Shown: positions 24,601-37,960, counted from the first letter of the whole stretch. The stretch: 63,941 bases of DNA, filler included, from Reclinomonas americana ATCC 50394 (GCA_048213135.1; 15 parts of 15 records of this genome joined end to end with filler, not necessarily neighbours in it); one strand, 5' to 3'. Notes: generated by a model not told the origin, from the sequence alone. Made by a program: numbers and translations.

Positions 24601-24720
24601 GGTGGTGGTGTGTGTGCGGAGTGGATACTCGAAGAAAAAATGATGAAGTGGGACGGGACGAGGGACATGTGTTTTCAATGCGCCGTTCGTCGTAATCGCT
24701 CACGCACGCTCCTGTGTCTC

Positions 24721-24957
24721 TCAGAACGAGATGACGGTGTCCGGCGGCTGAGTGGTCGTCGTGGTGGTCGACGTCGAAGTGGTGTGGGTGGTGGTGGTGG
24801 TCGGAACTGCAAGAAAGAGGAAACATCAGCATTGGGGCATTCCTCTTGCCTCATCGTTGGATGCTACGCAACTCTGCTCCCAGCTGGTGTAGGTGCCGGC
24901 AGTCGGCCAGGACTGAGTGCCCGTGGTGTCAAGGTGGAAGCCGCCGAGGTAGTTCAT
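24721..24957 (-). CDS. Microprotein B (56 aa), YxSWEQ family
   Basis: Exons 24957-24873 and 24806-24721: MNYLGGFHLDTTGTQSWPTAGTYTSWEQIPTTTTTHTTSTSTTTTTTQPPDTVISF. Confidence 0.75.
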
Positions 24958-25686
24958 GATCTACGAATGCCCAACGTCAGTCAATACAACCCGTGCGAAT
25001 CTGGACACACGTCGAGCCAGCGAAAAAGTACATCACGCCCTCTCTCTCTTACGAGTAACATAAAGAAGGAACAAGAGAACGAGGAGGAGAAGAGCGAGAG
25101 GGAGAGAAGAGAGCGAACGAACAGAGGGAATGGCGGGTGATGTCAACACACACACTTCCCTCTCCGATGCCACCCCGATGTCGCAACAAGAGCACGCAAG
25201 CACACACGTGACAGGTGCGCACATCAGCTCTCTGTCTCACACAGTCTCGTTTCGTTCTCTATCGACACGAGGGAGTGAAACTGGACATGATGACGAGAGG
25301 CAAGAAAGAGTGAGCGGCGCTATCCTTTGCACAAACACACACAGGGAGAGGGAGAGAGAGTGTGTGATCACCACAGGAGGTACACAGAGAGAGAGAGGAG
25401 TATGGGAGAAGGCGATCGTGATTGTTTCGGCTCGTTTCTCACGACAGACAGATGCGCGTCACTGCTCTCACTCTCTCACACACAGCGCACATAGGAGTGG
25501 AGTATCGTTGTGCCTCTATCCCTCCAAGCGACCCACGCTGCTCACCGGAAGCACAGGAAGAAACTCGTGATGATACGTCCTGCGACGTTAACGCGTTTGT
25601 GATCCTTGACCCTTCTCATTTCATTTCAAGTCGTTGCGCGCAGCGTTGGTTGTGATTGGATCCCCACTGGCGCGTTTTTTCCCTCT

Positions 25687-25894
25687 TTACCATGCCATTG
25701 GTGTGCCGGAGCTGCCGCTGTCGACTGCCGGTGCGGGTGACGCGGGGGCGGCGGTCGCAGGCTCGCCTGTCGGGACTGCAGGGAACAGGTGAGGACGAGA
25801 GAAGGGGAGTGAGGGGAATAGGCGACGGACCTTGCTCCCAGCTCGAGTAGATGTTCTCGTAGTAGCACGTCGTCTCAGTGTAGCCGCCAGACAT
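25687..25894 (-). CDS. Microprotein C (50 aa), YxSWEQ family
   Basis: Exons 25894-25831 and 25775-25687: MSGGYTETTCYYENIYSSWEQVPTGEPATAAPASPAPAVDSGSSGTPMAW. Confidence 0.7.
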
Positions 25895-25983
25895 GATGCG
25901 TGCGTTCCTGCAATGGCGAAGATGAGTGAGGACGGGGGAAGGGAAGGAGGGAGGGAGGGGGGGGAAGGGAAGGAGGGAGGAGG

Positions 25984-26052
25984 GGGGAAGGGGAAGGGGA
26001 AGGGGAAGGGGAAGGGGAAGGGGAAGGGGAAGGGGAAGGGGAAGGGGAAGGG
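25984..26052. repeat. (GGGGAA)n microsatellite within a roughly 800-nt purine-rich tract
   Basis: Directly visible hexamer run. Confidence 0.9.
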
Positions 26053-27152
26053 AGAGGCCAAGAAGAGGCAGCAGAGAGAAAAAAGAAAAAGTTGGCGTGT
26101 GGAACAGTGCAAAAGTCGGAGTGCACGAGAGGCAACAAGAATGAGAAGAGACAAGAGGGAAGAAGAAGGGGAAATGGAAAGACAGAGATAAAACACGAAA
26201 GAGGAGAGAGAGCGCCGCGATAGAGAACGAGGCAAGGGGAGCGGTAAATTGAACAGGTGCACGGAGAGGCAACAAGAAGGACAAGAAACAATAGGGGAGA
26301 AGAGAAAGAGAGAGAACTCAGCGAGAAGGGGAACATAAGAGAGAGAGAGAGAGGACATAAAAGACAAGGGGAAGAGGAGAGGAGGAGACAGAACGCAGAG
26401 AGACAGGAGGAGGCGAGGAGAACGGTGAAATAAAACGTGAGTGTGAGAGGAAAAGAGAAAAGACAGGGAACGAGAAGGGGATATGAAGCATGAGAGATAA
26501 CACACGAAAGATGAGAGGAGGAGAGAGAACGCAGAGAGACAGAAGGCGTGCATGAGAAGCAAAGAGAAAGACAAGACACAAGAAGGGGAACAGAAGAGAG
26601 AGAGAGAGAGAGAGAGAGAGGAAGAGAGAGAACGCAGCGAGAGAGAATGAGACAGAAGGAGACAAGGAGAACCTTGGAAGAGCAGGTGTGCAGAAGAGGC
26701 TGCAGAGAGAAGGAGAGCGGAGACTCGCGAGTATGGGGAGGGAGGCAGCAAACATCGCGTCTCGCTTCGTGTAACACAAGCCCACGACGACGAGCAACAA
26801 AGAGTGGATCCTCGAGCATCAGCAGGGGAGAAGTCTGTTGTGGATGACGAGGACCCAGAATGAAAAAAGTGACAGCGAAGGCGAGAAAGCAGTCGCTCTG
26901 ACGTTCGAATGAGGATGCCCACAAGATGGTTCATGACTCGAAGGGAAGGGGCCGCGAGGGAGCAAGATATGGCTCACGACGAATGCGCTTGGGGGAACAA
27001 GTCATCAGAGAGTGCGACTGAAGTGAGTGTTCCCTCGTCGTCGTCTGCTTTCTCTCTCTCTCTCTCTCTCGCAGAAAAGCACATGCAGTCTGTCACGAGT
27101 CATGACAGGTCACTCCACACAGCGCACACCATAGCTGCTGGCGAGTGCTCTT

Positions 27153-27195
<43 letters not shown>

Positions 27196-27679
27196 ACTCA
27201 ACGGAAGAGAACAAGCCGTCAGAACCAAGACAGACGCTTGATGTCCACTGCGAAACGACGACACATCGCACACACAACACAGAGAGGAATGCACTGCATA
27301 AGAAGTGCTCTCTCTCTTTCCTTCACACCGTCATCGTGTTCGGTGCGAGAACTATGTGTGAGCGAGTGAAAAGACAGCCATGGTCGCCTTCCCTCCCAAG
27401 AAAACACACACACACACACACTCTCTCTCTCACACACACAGCAGCATCGTGTGCGCGCGTAATCACACAGACAGAAAGGAGGCATCCTTTGCTCAACCAA
27501 CCTTACAAAAAAACAAATGAACGACGAGTGAAATTTTGCCGCGCCTGCTTGCAATTGCTGACGATGCATGCCCCTCTCATGCGTGTGCACCAAGAGACAT
27601 GCAGAGCAGTTGATCAACACACACGACTAGTTTTACAAAAAAAAAGAGCATTCCTTTTTTTTCTTTTCTTTTCTCTCTC

Positions 27680-27918
27680 TCAGAACGAGATCGTAGTCTC
27701 GCCTCCCGTCGTGGTCGTCGTTGTGGTCGTTGTAGTCGACGTTGTTGTGGTCGTCGTGCTGGTGGGGGCTGCACAAAGAAAGAAAACAGTAATCAATACC
27801 TCCGTTGCGCACACCAACTTTTTTTTTGACATGGAGAAGACGCACTCTGCTCCCAGCTCAGATATGAGCCCACCACCGAGGTGCTGCCGCCGTTGAGTGC
27901 GTTTGAGATGATCTCCAT
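27680..27918 (-). CDS. Microprotein A (53 aa), YxSWEQ family
   Basis: Exons 27918-27846 and 27768-27680: MEIISNALNGGSTSVVGSYLSWEQTPTSTTTTTTSTTTTTTTTTTGGETTISF. Confidence 0.75.
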
Positions 27919-28575
27919 GATGATGCTGCACACAGACACACAAAACCCCCAGTCAAAAAAGTTGGACAGGCGCTGTGATTGACTGCGTGGTGACCGGCAC
28001 ACAGACAGAGGGAGGGAGAAAGAGTGTGTGTATGCGCGCGCGTGCGTGAGAGAGGAACAGGAGCGCGCGCGATGGAGATGTGCGTGACATGACACAAAAG
28101 AAGACACCCTCGCGCTCTCTGTTCTCTCTTGCTGATGTCTTGCGCCTCTCCTTGCCGCCCAACAACACGCCGAGCGCACGCACAGAAACGACAGCAAACA
28201 ACAACAATCACACACAATTGGCGCGAGACCGAATCTCTGCACCAATAAACACCCCAACTCTGCGTCGCCTTAACACGCACACAAGAGGCACACAGAGAGA
28301 CAGAGAGCAGAGAGGGGGGCCGCAGATGGCGCACAAACCTTGCGTGAAAATTGTGTGAGTGAGCGAAATTTCACGCTCAACGTTCATCCTTTGTCCCAAC
28401 ACGAGGAGCGCGCGCGCGTGTCCCTGGCTCACGCACACAGACACACGCAGACACACACACGTACACTCTCCCTCACGCACAACGACCAAGGTGAGCGGGC
28501 GCGCAGAGAGAGCGAGGACGTTGACATGTCCGTAGTTAACGCTCACTTGTCGTCGCCTGCCCATCAAAGAGAGAG

Positions 28576-29288
28576 ATGAGCGACGAGGACGACTTCTGGG
28601 ACCGCGTCGAAAGCAACGGCCTCGCTGGTGATGACGTGGAAGCGCGAGCAGCAAACGGCAGCCTGCGACTATCGCGACCGAGCTCGGCTTCCACGACAAT
28701 GTCAACGCGTGTGCGCACTCCGCGTCTCGATCTCAACATGCGTGCGCTGCGTGCGATTGAGGGCGTGGAGGGCAGCCTCGAGGGAGTCGCCATTGAGGAG
28801 TACTTGAGTGAGGAGACTCTGGTCTGTACACACGCACGCAAAAGTCAGTTTCCTTGTTGCGCACGTTCGCGTTGTTGATGTTTGTGTTGCTTGCTGGGTA
28901 GCGTGAGGTGACGGGTCAGATGGATTTGTCGTGTGTGCGCAAGCTGGAGCTGGTGATTGATATCACGGAGAACTCGATTGGGAATCTGGGAGTCAAGCTG
29001 CCGAACTTGAGGGAACTCAAACTCAGCAATAGTGTTGTGCATTCGTTGAGGTGGGTTGCGGGCAAGGGTACTACGGAAACGATGTTGTCGTGATGGTGTG
29101 GGGAACAGGGCTTCTGCTTGTACTGCTTGGGTTTTCTGGCTTGTCCTCATTCTCGCTTGTCGACTCTCTCTTCCTCTCCCTCTGCGCGCGCCGTTGGTCA
29201 CAAAGCTCTCTGCATCTGCTTTTGTCGGCAACACCTGTATACTCGGTTGTCGCCGCTCACAGTGCGCTTCACGCATCGTCTTTCCCTT

Positions 29289-29329
<41 letters not shown>

Positions 29330-32300
29330 ATCTAGNNNNNNNNNNNNNNNNNNNNNNNNNNNNNNNNNNNNNNNNNNNNTTAATTAATTAANNNNNNNNN
29401 NNNNNNNNNNNNNNNNNNNNNNNNNNNNNNNNNNNCGTCTCCTACGCTTTTCCGTTCCCTACCTCTCCCCTTTCCCTTCCTCCTTACTTCACCCTTCCTA
29501 CTCTCTCCTTCTTTTCCCTTCCTCTCTCTCTCTCTCTCCTCTCCTCTCCTTCTCTCTCTCTCCTTCTCTCACTCTTCCCCCTCTCTCCCTCTTCCCCTTC
29601 TTTCCCTTCACAGAGACCTCGGCACCTCCCTACCACACGTGGAAATCCTCTGGCTCTCTCGCTGCAACATGCAGGAGTTGGACGGCATCTCGGGATTCGC
29701 CGATCTGCGCGAGTTGTACGCCAGCTTCAACGACATTACCGATCTCAGTCCATTGGCGCTGGCGGAGCACATTGAGACGATTGATTTGGAGGGGTGAGAG
29801 ACTGCCATGGTTTTTTTCTCTGCCACTGTCTTTCTCTCTCTGCCCCTCATGCCTATCTTTGCGAAAACAGCAATCGCATCGACGACATTCACCAAGTACA
29901 ATTCCTGTCGAGCTGTCCGCGCCTCACCTCCTTGTCGCTGGACAGCAACCCGATGGCCTCACACCCGCAGTACCGTGCGGTGGTGGTGCATGCACTGGCG
30001 TCGCTGGACTTCCTCGACGATGTGCCAGTGACGAGAGCGGAACGCGAGCGAGCCGCCAGTGTGGTACCCGCGCTGCTGAGTGACACGAGATGGGCGGGTG
30101 TGTCGACGGCGGGCGCCGACGAGGAGATGGAGTTGGTGAAGGATGGTATCAAGTACGCGCGTGTTGGACTCGATGCCGTGGCAGTGGGGTGCGTTCACCT
30201 GTGGAGCATGGTGGAGGTTCAGGAGAAACTGACGGTCTCTTATCGCAGCGCCACGGTGCTCGTGTCGACACCGGGTGGCGGGTCAAGACCCATGACCGCC
30301 ATTAGTGCTGAGGATGCTGCATCGATTCACCGACCACTCACTGCGCGGCATGTGAAGAGGTGCGGCGAAGAGAGAGAAAGGGAGGGAGAGCGGGAGGAGA
30401 GAGAGAGAGAGATGCGCTCTTGTATTAACCGCAGCTGTTTCTTTTCTTCCCAACTTTCTCACCTGTTGTTACTTGCAACCGTTCATTCTATACTATAGCG
30501 CTCCACAAGATTTATCGTCTCTTATACGTGCAAACACTCCGTATCTTGTTACCAGTGTCTTCTCTTCGACGCATCTCATCTTTGCTGTCTTTTCATATCT
30601 CTTCTCATCTGTTCAACTGTGTGTCCTACTTGCCTGGCATTTCAAATCAGCTCATATGTTCTTGCACTCTTCCTTGTCGTCACTTCCTTCATTCTGCGCA
30701 GCAATCTTGCTGCATTCCTTCTTATCTCTTGCGCCGTTTTCTTCTTCGCCCCCCTTCCGTTCAGTTGTTTTCTCTTCATCGCGCGCAACAAATATTGTTG
30801 CCTGCTGCATTGGGGAGTTGTTCTTATATTCTTTGTTCCCCTATATGCAGCAGTCCTGCAGCGTTCGCTCTCTTGCCCATTCCCCTTGCTTTCCGCTTCC
30901 TACTCTTCTTACCACTCCCTTCGCTGCATTCTCACTTTGTCGATCGTTTCTCTGTATGCTCCTCTTGTCACCCTCTTCTTTCCCCTTGCCCCCGTCCCCT
31001 TCCCCCCTGCCCCCTTCCCGCCCTCATCACTCTTCCCACACGCAGCCGCGGCACGGCAAGACCAGGCTCAGCCTCCGGTCGACCTGGCTCCGCCTCCATG
31101 TCGCGCGTGGCTTCGGCGGGCGCACGACCGGGGTCGGTGTCCGGGGCCGGTCGACCCGGTTCAGCAGCCGGTCGACCTGGCTCCTCTGGTGGTGGCGGTA
31201 GTGGTAGTGGTGGTGGGGCACGGCCTGGCAGTGCGCGCATGATTGCGGCGGCCACTGGTGCCGCCACTGCCAGATCCAACATCACACAGCCGTCGGGGAG
31301 CTTTGGCAGCGAAGAGGACGATGGTGCAAGTGATTTGACATATGGTGAGTTTGTTGGGAGTGTGGGGATAGAGAAAGAGAGGGAGTGCAGCGAGTGAGTG
31401 ACTGGCGAGTGATAGCACTGTGGATATTGGGGAGGCGTGCTGATTCTTGCTCTTCTCTGTCGCAGGCTCTAGTCGTGTAATATGTGGCAATCCGGTCAAG
31501 TCGTTGCGCTCGAGGAAAATCGAGGCCCCTCTACCATCGGAGATGCCAGCACCCGAAGTTCCGCCGTCGCCCACACTGCTAAGGTCAGTGAGCGCCAGCA
31601 GTACCATTTCTTCTTCTCGTCGTCGTCNNNNNNNNNNNNNNNNNNNNNNNNNNNNNNNNNNNNNNNNNNNNTTAATTAATTAANNNNNNNNNNNNNNNNN
31701 NNNNNNNNNNNNNNNNNNNNNNNNNNNGTTTGATGCCTGAATTGTGATCCCCGCAGACTGGAGACAAGAGAAGACATTCTGGAGGAGCTGCGTTTGTACA
31801 AGCTGCAGACGGCCGACATGGTGATGCTTCCCGACGACACGGATCTGGTGTTGGGCGACATTGGCGAGTTCAGTGACGCCTTCACACTCGATACGTTGCC
31901 GCCGGAGGTGGCCGACGACGGCTTGTTTGATGCGGCTGATGGCGGCGATGCGCGAAAGGTGTGGACGTGCGCTACCCTCCGCGATGCAACTCCCCACTCG
32001 CTGACTTCTTCTCCTTTTCCTCGCAGTCTGCACAACGGGCACTCAATCAGGCGTTTGTCAGCTCCGATTCGGATTCCGATGGAGTCGATATTCCCGTGGA
32101 CGACGCCTACCTGGACGAGAAGTTGGGCGAGATCGAGAACCAGCCGCCCAATCGCAGCTCGCTGCCGTCGTCACAGACGCAGCTGCCGACGCGCAAGCCA
32201 CCACGGCCGACGACACAGTCGGGCCAGTCCTCATCCTCCTCCGTCTACTCCTCTTCCTCTTCCTCGTCGTCGTCGTCTTCCTCATCGTCGTCCGCCATCT

Positions 32301-32485
32301 CGGCATCGTCGACGATGAAGCAGGCACCGCTGCCGCGCTCCAGCTCATCCGCCAAGGCCGACTTTGTGCTCAACGCCGGCGCCTCCTCCGAGGACCCGCT
32401 GCTGGCCACGCCTCCAGTGGCGGTGGGTCGCCTCCGACCAAAGAGTCGCGATGCCGTTAAAGTGGCTCGTGAGCTAGACTTGTAG
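28576..32485 (+). CDS. LRRC56: Leucine-rich repeat protein LRRC56/ODA8 (axonemal dynein assembly/transport); spans two gaps
   Basis: IEEYLSEETL, LPNLRELKLSNS..SLR|DLGTSL..LWLSRC..LDGI..LRELYASFNDI.DLSPL, an LRR cap, RPGSA repeats and SDLTYG..ICGNPVKSLR. The last exons (after 31728) are less certain. Confidence 0.85.
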
Positions 32486-32728
32486 TTTGTGAAGACAGAG
32501 AGAGAGAGAGAGGTGCAGCATGCATACTTGATTTGTATCGCAATATTAAAAAACAAGCAAAAACACTATTGAGCAGGGGAGCGAGACGGTAGGCGTTGCG
32601 CCGCCGCAGACGACATATTTTCCCCCGAAGTCAGTTTCCTGAGCGCGAAACGCATTCATTTGTATACGGGAGAGCAGTTTTTATTTGCGCGAAAAGTCAA
32701 AGTCTATAGACCTCGCAGCGCCTGTGTA

Positions 32729-33042
32729 ATGGCTACTCACGGACACTCTCCACTAGGCGTCTCCCCGACTGAACGCCTGCTTCCTCCATCTATCACCAGT
32801 GCGCTCTTGCGGCCTCGCGATGCCACCGCTCGCACACTTGTGCAGCGTGCGGCCTCTGCTGCTGCCTTAGCTGCTGCCTCTTCGCCTTCATCGCGACTGC
32901 CCTCGCGTGCGGCCTCCACTGCGCGCTCGGCGACTCAGTCGCCCAGTGTGGTCAGTGCGAGGTCGACGGCCTCGGCCAGTGCAGTGCTGGAGGTGAGAGA
33001 GGGAGAGAGACTTGCACACAGACACACACTCTGTCTCTCTCG

Positions 33043-33131
<89 letters not shown>

Positions 33132-33132
33132 G
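32729..33132 (+). CDS. First exon of an unknown Ser/Ala-rich protein, followed by a (GT)n tract and a gap
   Basis: ATG at 32729, open to a GTGAGA donor near 32992. Confidence 0.4.
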
Positions 33133-33274
33133 NNNNNNNNNNNNNNNNNNNNNNNNNNNNNNNNNNNNNNNNNNNNTTAATTAATTAANNNNNNNNNNNN
33201 NNNNNNNNNNNNNNNNNNNNNNNNNNNNNNNNTCTCGCATTCAGAACACAACACCAGTGGTGGACGCGAGTGCC

Positions 33275-34481
33275 TCAGCGCCGCTTGCAGATGGACGGCT
33301 TGGCCAGCGGGCCGCGATACATGTCGCACACGTGCTGCACGAGATCGTCGGGCTTGGGGCTCTGGCAGTTGGAGGTGCCCCATACGCACCACAGCCTGTA
33401 TCGCACGCACACACACACAACATGAGATACGTACTGGGGAGGCATGCAACGAGAAGGAAGGCAAGAACGCAACTCATTGTTGACGGTAATGGTGGCGCTC
33501 CAGTCCCACCCCTGGCTCTGCGTCCATGCGGCACTGCGCGCAAGCAGGCCACCGCCCTGCGGACCATACGCACACGTCGCTATCTCATCCCTGTGCATGC
33601 ACGCGCGATGAGACACTCCAACAAACTCATTTCCGTGCGGCCGAGTGCACGCAACGGGGACAGCCCCACTTCAGCCGCGCATTGCAAGACGGCCGGCGGG
33701 AACTTCTTCGGCAGATCCTCCTCAGGCATCGGGTCACGAGCATCGCTGACACACTGCATAAAGGTGAAGTAGGCGCCGAGCAGCGCATTGTTGGGCACCG
33801 ACAGCAGGCGATTCTGCACACAAATCTCCAGCAAATCGCCCACGACATCAATGGTGCCACTGAAAAGCAAGTAAGCAGCCGGTGGGCGAGACAGGCAGGC
33901 AGCGCATATACACATACCCATCACTCCAGAACCCATAAGGCGCAGTGGCGTTTTGCCTATTCAAAACAAAACGTGATTGCTGCTGTATGAGTACGGATTC
34001 CAAGATCCCTCGTGTGATTGCTGCTGCTGCTGGTCAGGCCACACTCACCGAGCCATGTAATCCGAGCGGTAGATCATAATGGGCGCAAGTGCAGTGGCCA
34101 TGGGGAAGAACTCCAGAGTAAAGTTGCTGCATAATAACATAATGGGTATTGTCGTCATCACACGAGCGGATAGTGAGAGCACATGGCGTGCGTTGGTTAC
34201 CTCCATGCCGTGCAGATGCTCATCATAAAGGCATCCACTGTGTGTGTGTGTGAGTGGAGAGTGTGAGAAGACCGAGACACACACTTGACTGTGTGTTTTT
34301 CGCACTCACCAACAACGCGCGGGTCGTCGGCGAATGGGCGTGACTTGTGATGGTGGTTGCGGCCTTCCTCCTCCACTAATGCGCCACCACGCAGGAGAGA
34401 TGAGTGGTCAGTCACATCGAGTGTGGCGGCCAGTGTGGCGAGCAGACACAGTGCGAGAAGCAGCAGGTGAATGCGCATCAT
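33275..34481 (-). CDS. Secreted GILT-like thiol reductase, multi-exon
   Basis: Signal peptide, VDAFMMSIC, FCFE..GDLLEIC, FTFMQC, LQCAAEVG and C-terminal LVQHVCDMYRG...KPSIC. Confidence 0.55.
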
Positions 34482-34498
34482 GATGTTTGGTGAGGAAG

Positions 34499-34530
<32 letters not shown>

Positions 34531-34673
34531 TCTTGGGAGTGAGCACGGATGGCGACGAGCGCGCCCGTGAGCGAAAAGACACACGACAGGGTGGATTTTC
34601 GTTCGTCGACTCATGTGTTCATCAAGAAGGGTGGTCGAGAGGGACCCCCACCCAGTGTGTGGTGAAAGTGGGA

Positions 34674-36580
34674 TTACTTCTTCGAGTCGTCAGTGGATGG
34701 CTGCGATCCGGGGACCCATGTCTCGGCGCGCTGCTTGGCCCAGCCGTAGGCGCGCACGTTGGGGCGCAGGAAGTGTCCCGCGGGCAGATATCGGTCGTCG
34801 GTGCCCGACTGGTTGCCGGTGTGTGCCTCCTTGAAGAAGGGCTCCATCGGGGGTTTCTGGGGGGAGAGAAGAGGAATGAGGGGAAGGGATGGGGGGGAGA
34901 GGGGGAGGAAAAGGGGAAGGGAGGAGAAGGGGAAGCGAGAGAAAGAGCGAGAGGGATGACGGAGGAGGGAAGAGGGAAGAGACACGCGATCGTCTTGCCA
35001 ACAAGCATGACGATTACAGATGCATGCTGTCTCACTACAATGAAGCTGCCTGATACGGCTTGTCTCTGGATCGTGCGCTGCAGCAGCGGGAGTTTCTCAA
35101 TTGTTCCTGCTGTTGTCGATAACACAGTCCTCTCTCTCTCTCTCTCTCTGCTCAATTGTTTCTGGATGATGAGTTACTGCAACTGACATCTTCCACGCTC
35201 TCGCACTTCTATACTTGCCGTGTGCAGACGCAGCGAGCTCATCCTTCATCTTCCTCCCCTCTCTCAAGCGCACAAGCATCCCCTGTCACCGCAACAGCGA
35301 TCTTCTTCATCCACTCAGCTTCTCCTGCCAGTAGCTCGCAGCCAGCGTGAGCTCATCCTCTCTTACCCCCTCTCACACACAAACATCCCTTGTCTCTGCA
35401 ACTGCGACCCTCTTTCATCCACTCCCCCCTGTGCCGTTCACAGACGCAGCGAGCTTCTCTTACTCCGCTCTTGCTCTCTCTCTCTCTCNNNNNNNNNNNN
35501 NNNNNNNNNNNNNNNNNNNNNNNNNNNNNNNNTTAATTAATTAANNNNNNNNNNNNNNNNNNNNNNNNNNNNNNNNNNNNNNNNNNNNGTCGTTTGCAGA
35601 CGCAGCAACCTCAGCATGCTTCTCTCTCACGCTGTTCATCTCCGTAGCTCGCAGATGGTGCGAGCTCATCCTCCCTCTTCCTCCCCTCTCTCAAGCGCAC
35701 AAACATCTCTTGTCTCCGCAACAGCGACCTCCTTGAACCCACCCTCCCTGCGTCGCTCTCAGACGCAGCGAGTTCAGCATGCTTCTCCTCTCTGTCTCTC
35801 TCACCCTGCTCGTCTCCATAGCTCGCAGCCGGAGTAGGCTCAGCATGCTCCTCTCTCTCTCTCTCTCTCATTCCCCCACAAGCGCCAGTCACCGCAACAG
35901 CGGCCTTCTCTCATGCACTCCCGGTGTCATTCACAGGTGCTTGCTCTTTCACACACTCTCCCTGTCTCTCTCAAGCGCACACTGTGCTTGTCTCCACATC
36001 AACGCCCCTCTTCATCCTCTCCCTCTGCCTGCTTGTCGTTCACAGACGCATAGTGCACCTGCTTCTCTCTCTCTCTCTCTCCCTCTCTCCATCCCTCCCT
36101 CTCCCTTGCCCTTTATATCCCCATTGCATCTCCCTTCGCCCTTCACCGCACCTTTGTTGGCGTATCATCCGTCATGCGATGCAACCACATGTGCCACTCA
36201 GGCGGCACCTGCGATCCATCATAGTTGCTGCTGGAGTACTCCACCCAGCGATCACGGCCTTTTCACACAAGAGTGAGTCCACGGCCACGTCATTTCCAAC
36301 TCTCACACAGAGGCACGCGCGCACCTACAATCTCCTCGTCACCTCGTGCCACCTCATAGTACCTGTTGCCCATGGCATCCTCACCCACCAACAACCGCGA
36401 GGGCTTCTCAAACAGCGCGTCCCTGGCTCGAATCACCGCCAACAAACCGTCCTTGATGGACCCTGTGAGTGACACACACGTGTGAGCACACACACACACG
36501 CGCACACTTACTCTCCCTTGCGCGCGCGCACCTCGTTCCTCCACAGCACTCTTGATGTTTTGCAGAATGCGTGATGCCAT
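34674..36580 (-). CDS. NDUFA12: Mitochondrial complex I subunit NDUFA12; last intron is long and contains a gap
   Basis: [35 protein letters not shown] and [12 protein letters not shown]...ETWVP. Confidence 0.9.
35220..36050. repeat. Degenerate ~110-130 bp repeats in the NDUFA12 intron
   Basis: Recurrent CAGACGCAGCGAG(C/T), CTCTCAAGCGCACA and CCGCAACAGCG blocks. Confidence 0.65.
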
Positions 36581-36636
36581 TGTCGCAACGAGCAAGAATG
36601 ACGGACAGTGCTTGATTGCAGGACATTACAAACTTT

Positions 36637-37860
36637 TCACTGCGCTGTGGTTACATCAAAGCTCTCGCCGTGCTTGGCCAACCCGATACCGACCCGACTG
36701 CCGTCGGCATCGTACACGGTGTAGAACTTTCGCAGGAACACGTCGCCCATAATCCACATGCCGTCGAGATCCGGCGGCAGTTGCAGCGGCATAATGCCCA
36801 GCACGCAGTGCTGGCGTCCGCTCGGCAGCGTCGACTGCAGTACGAGATCCTCGGGTGTCAGCGTAAAGTCACGCCCGCCCAGGTTCACCGTCAGCGACGG
36901 CAGGATTTCGCGGAAGTTGTCGCACGTCACGGTGCGACCGTTCACCTCCGACAGAATGCGCTTGACGGCCGCTGGTGGACCGGTGATCTGCGAGGCGTGT
37001 CAGTCAGTCATCATCACCATCACACAACACATGCTTCTGCGCATTCAACGCAACGAGACTCGTGCCCGTGTCCAAAATGGCGCGCTGATTGGTGACCAGC
37101 GTCTCGCTGCCGAGGCTCAACGACTGCATCGGCACCATCCAGAAGCGCGGGTTGTTCTCCACCTGCACCGGCAACCACTGCAGGCCGTGCAGACCGCCCT
37201 CAATGAACTCCGGCTCGATGCCGCCGAAATTGAGGCGCGACTTGGAGGTGCCGGCCCGCTTGTCGAGCCACACGGAGAAGAGAGCGCGCGAAATCTGACC
37301 CTGCTGCTTCAGGTTGTGCAGGAACGACATGTCCTCCCTGCCCGCCGACAAACATTACGTCAGCATTCAAGACATAGGCAAAGGCAGAGTGAGCGGTGAA
37401 CGCACTTGGGGTACTTGTACGCCAGGCCGACAATGCCGTCGAGGTGGGCGAGGCGGAAGACGCGGCCTTGCTCGAGTGTGACGAGGCCAAGTGGCTGCTC
37501 GCGCACCTCGACGAAACCAAGCGTGACGCGCTCGCGAGCGGCAATACCACGCACGCGACCCGAGCCGTACTTGATGTCGAAGGAGCGGTGCAGGTCGGCA
37601 AATGTGGCCGACTTGGACTCCACAAACTGAGCGTGCGTCAAGCAGCTCTCCGTGGCGCACGACGACGCCGGTACCCACTGTGTACGGAAGAGGAGATGTA
37701 AGCAGGCAGGAGGGGAAGGGGGAGCAAGGGATGGTGAACGCAACGAGGAATGTCGAGCCCGAGTCGAACACCACACGGAACTTTTGCGGTGGCGTACCGA
37801 CGCCGATCTCACCGCTGTACTCGGTCTGCGTTGGTGGGAGAGGGAGAGGGAGGTGAGCAC

Positions 37861-37891
<31 letters not shown>

Positions 37892-37919
37892 AGGGAGAGG
37901 GCGAGGGAGAGGGAGAGGG

Positions 37920-37960
<41 letters not shown>

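Noticed and set aside
25687..26934. Long 415-aa and 349-aa minus-strand ORFs
   Set aside because: Stop-poor pyrimidine tracts give Leu/Ser/Phe/Pro low-complexity translations. Only the terminal exon of microprotein C is credible.
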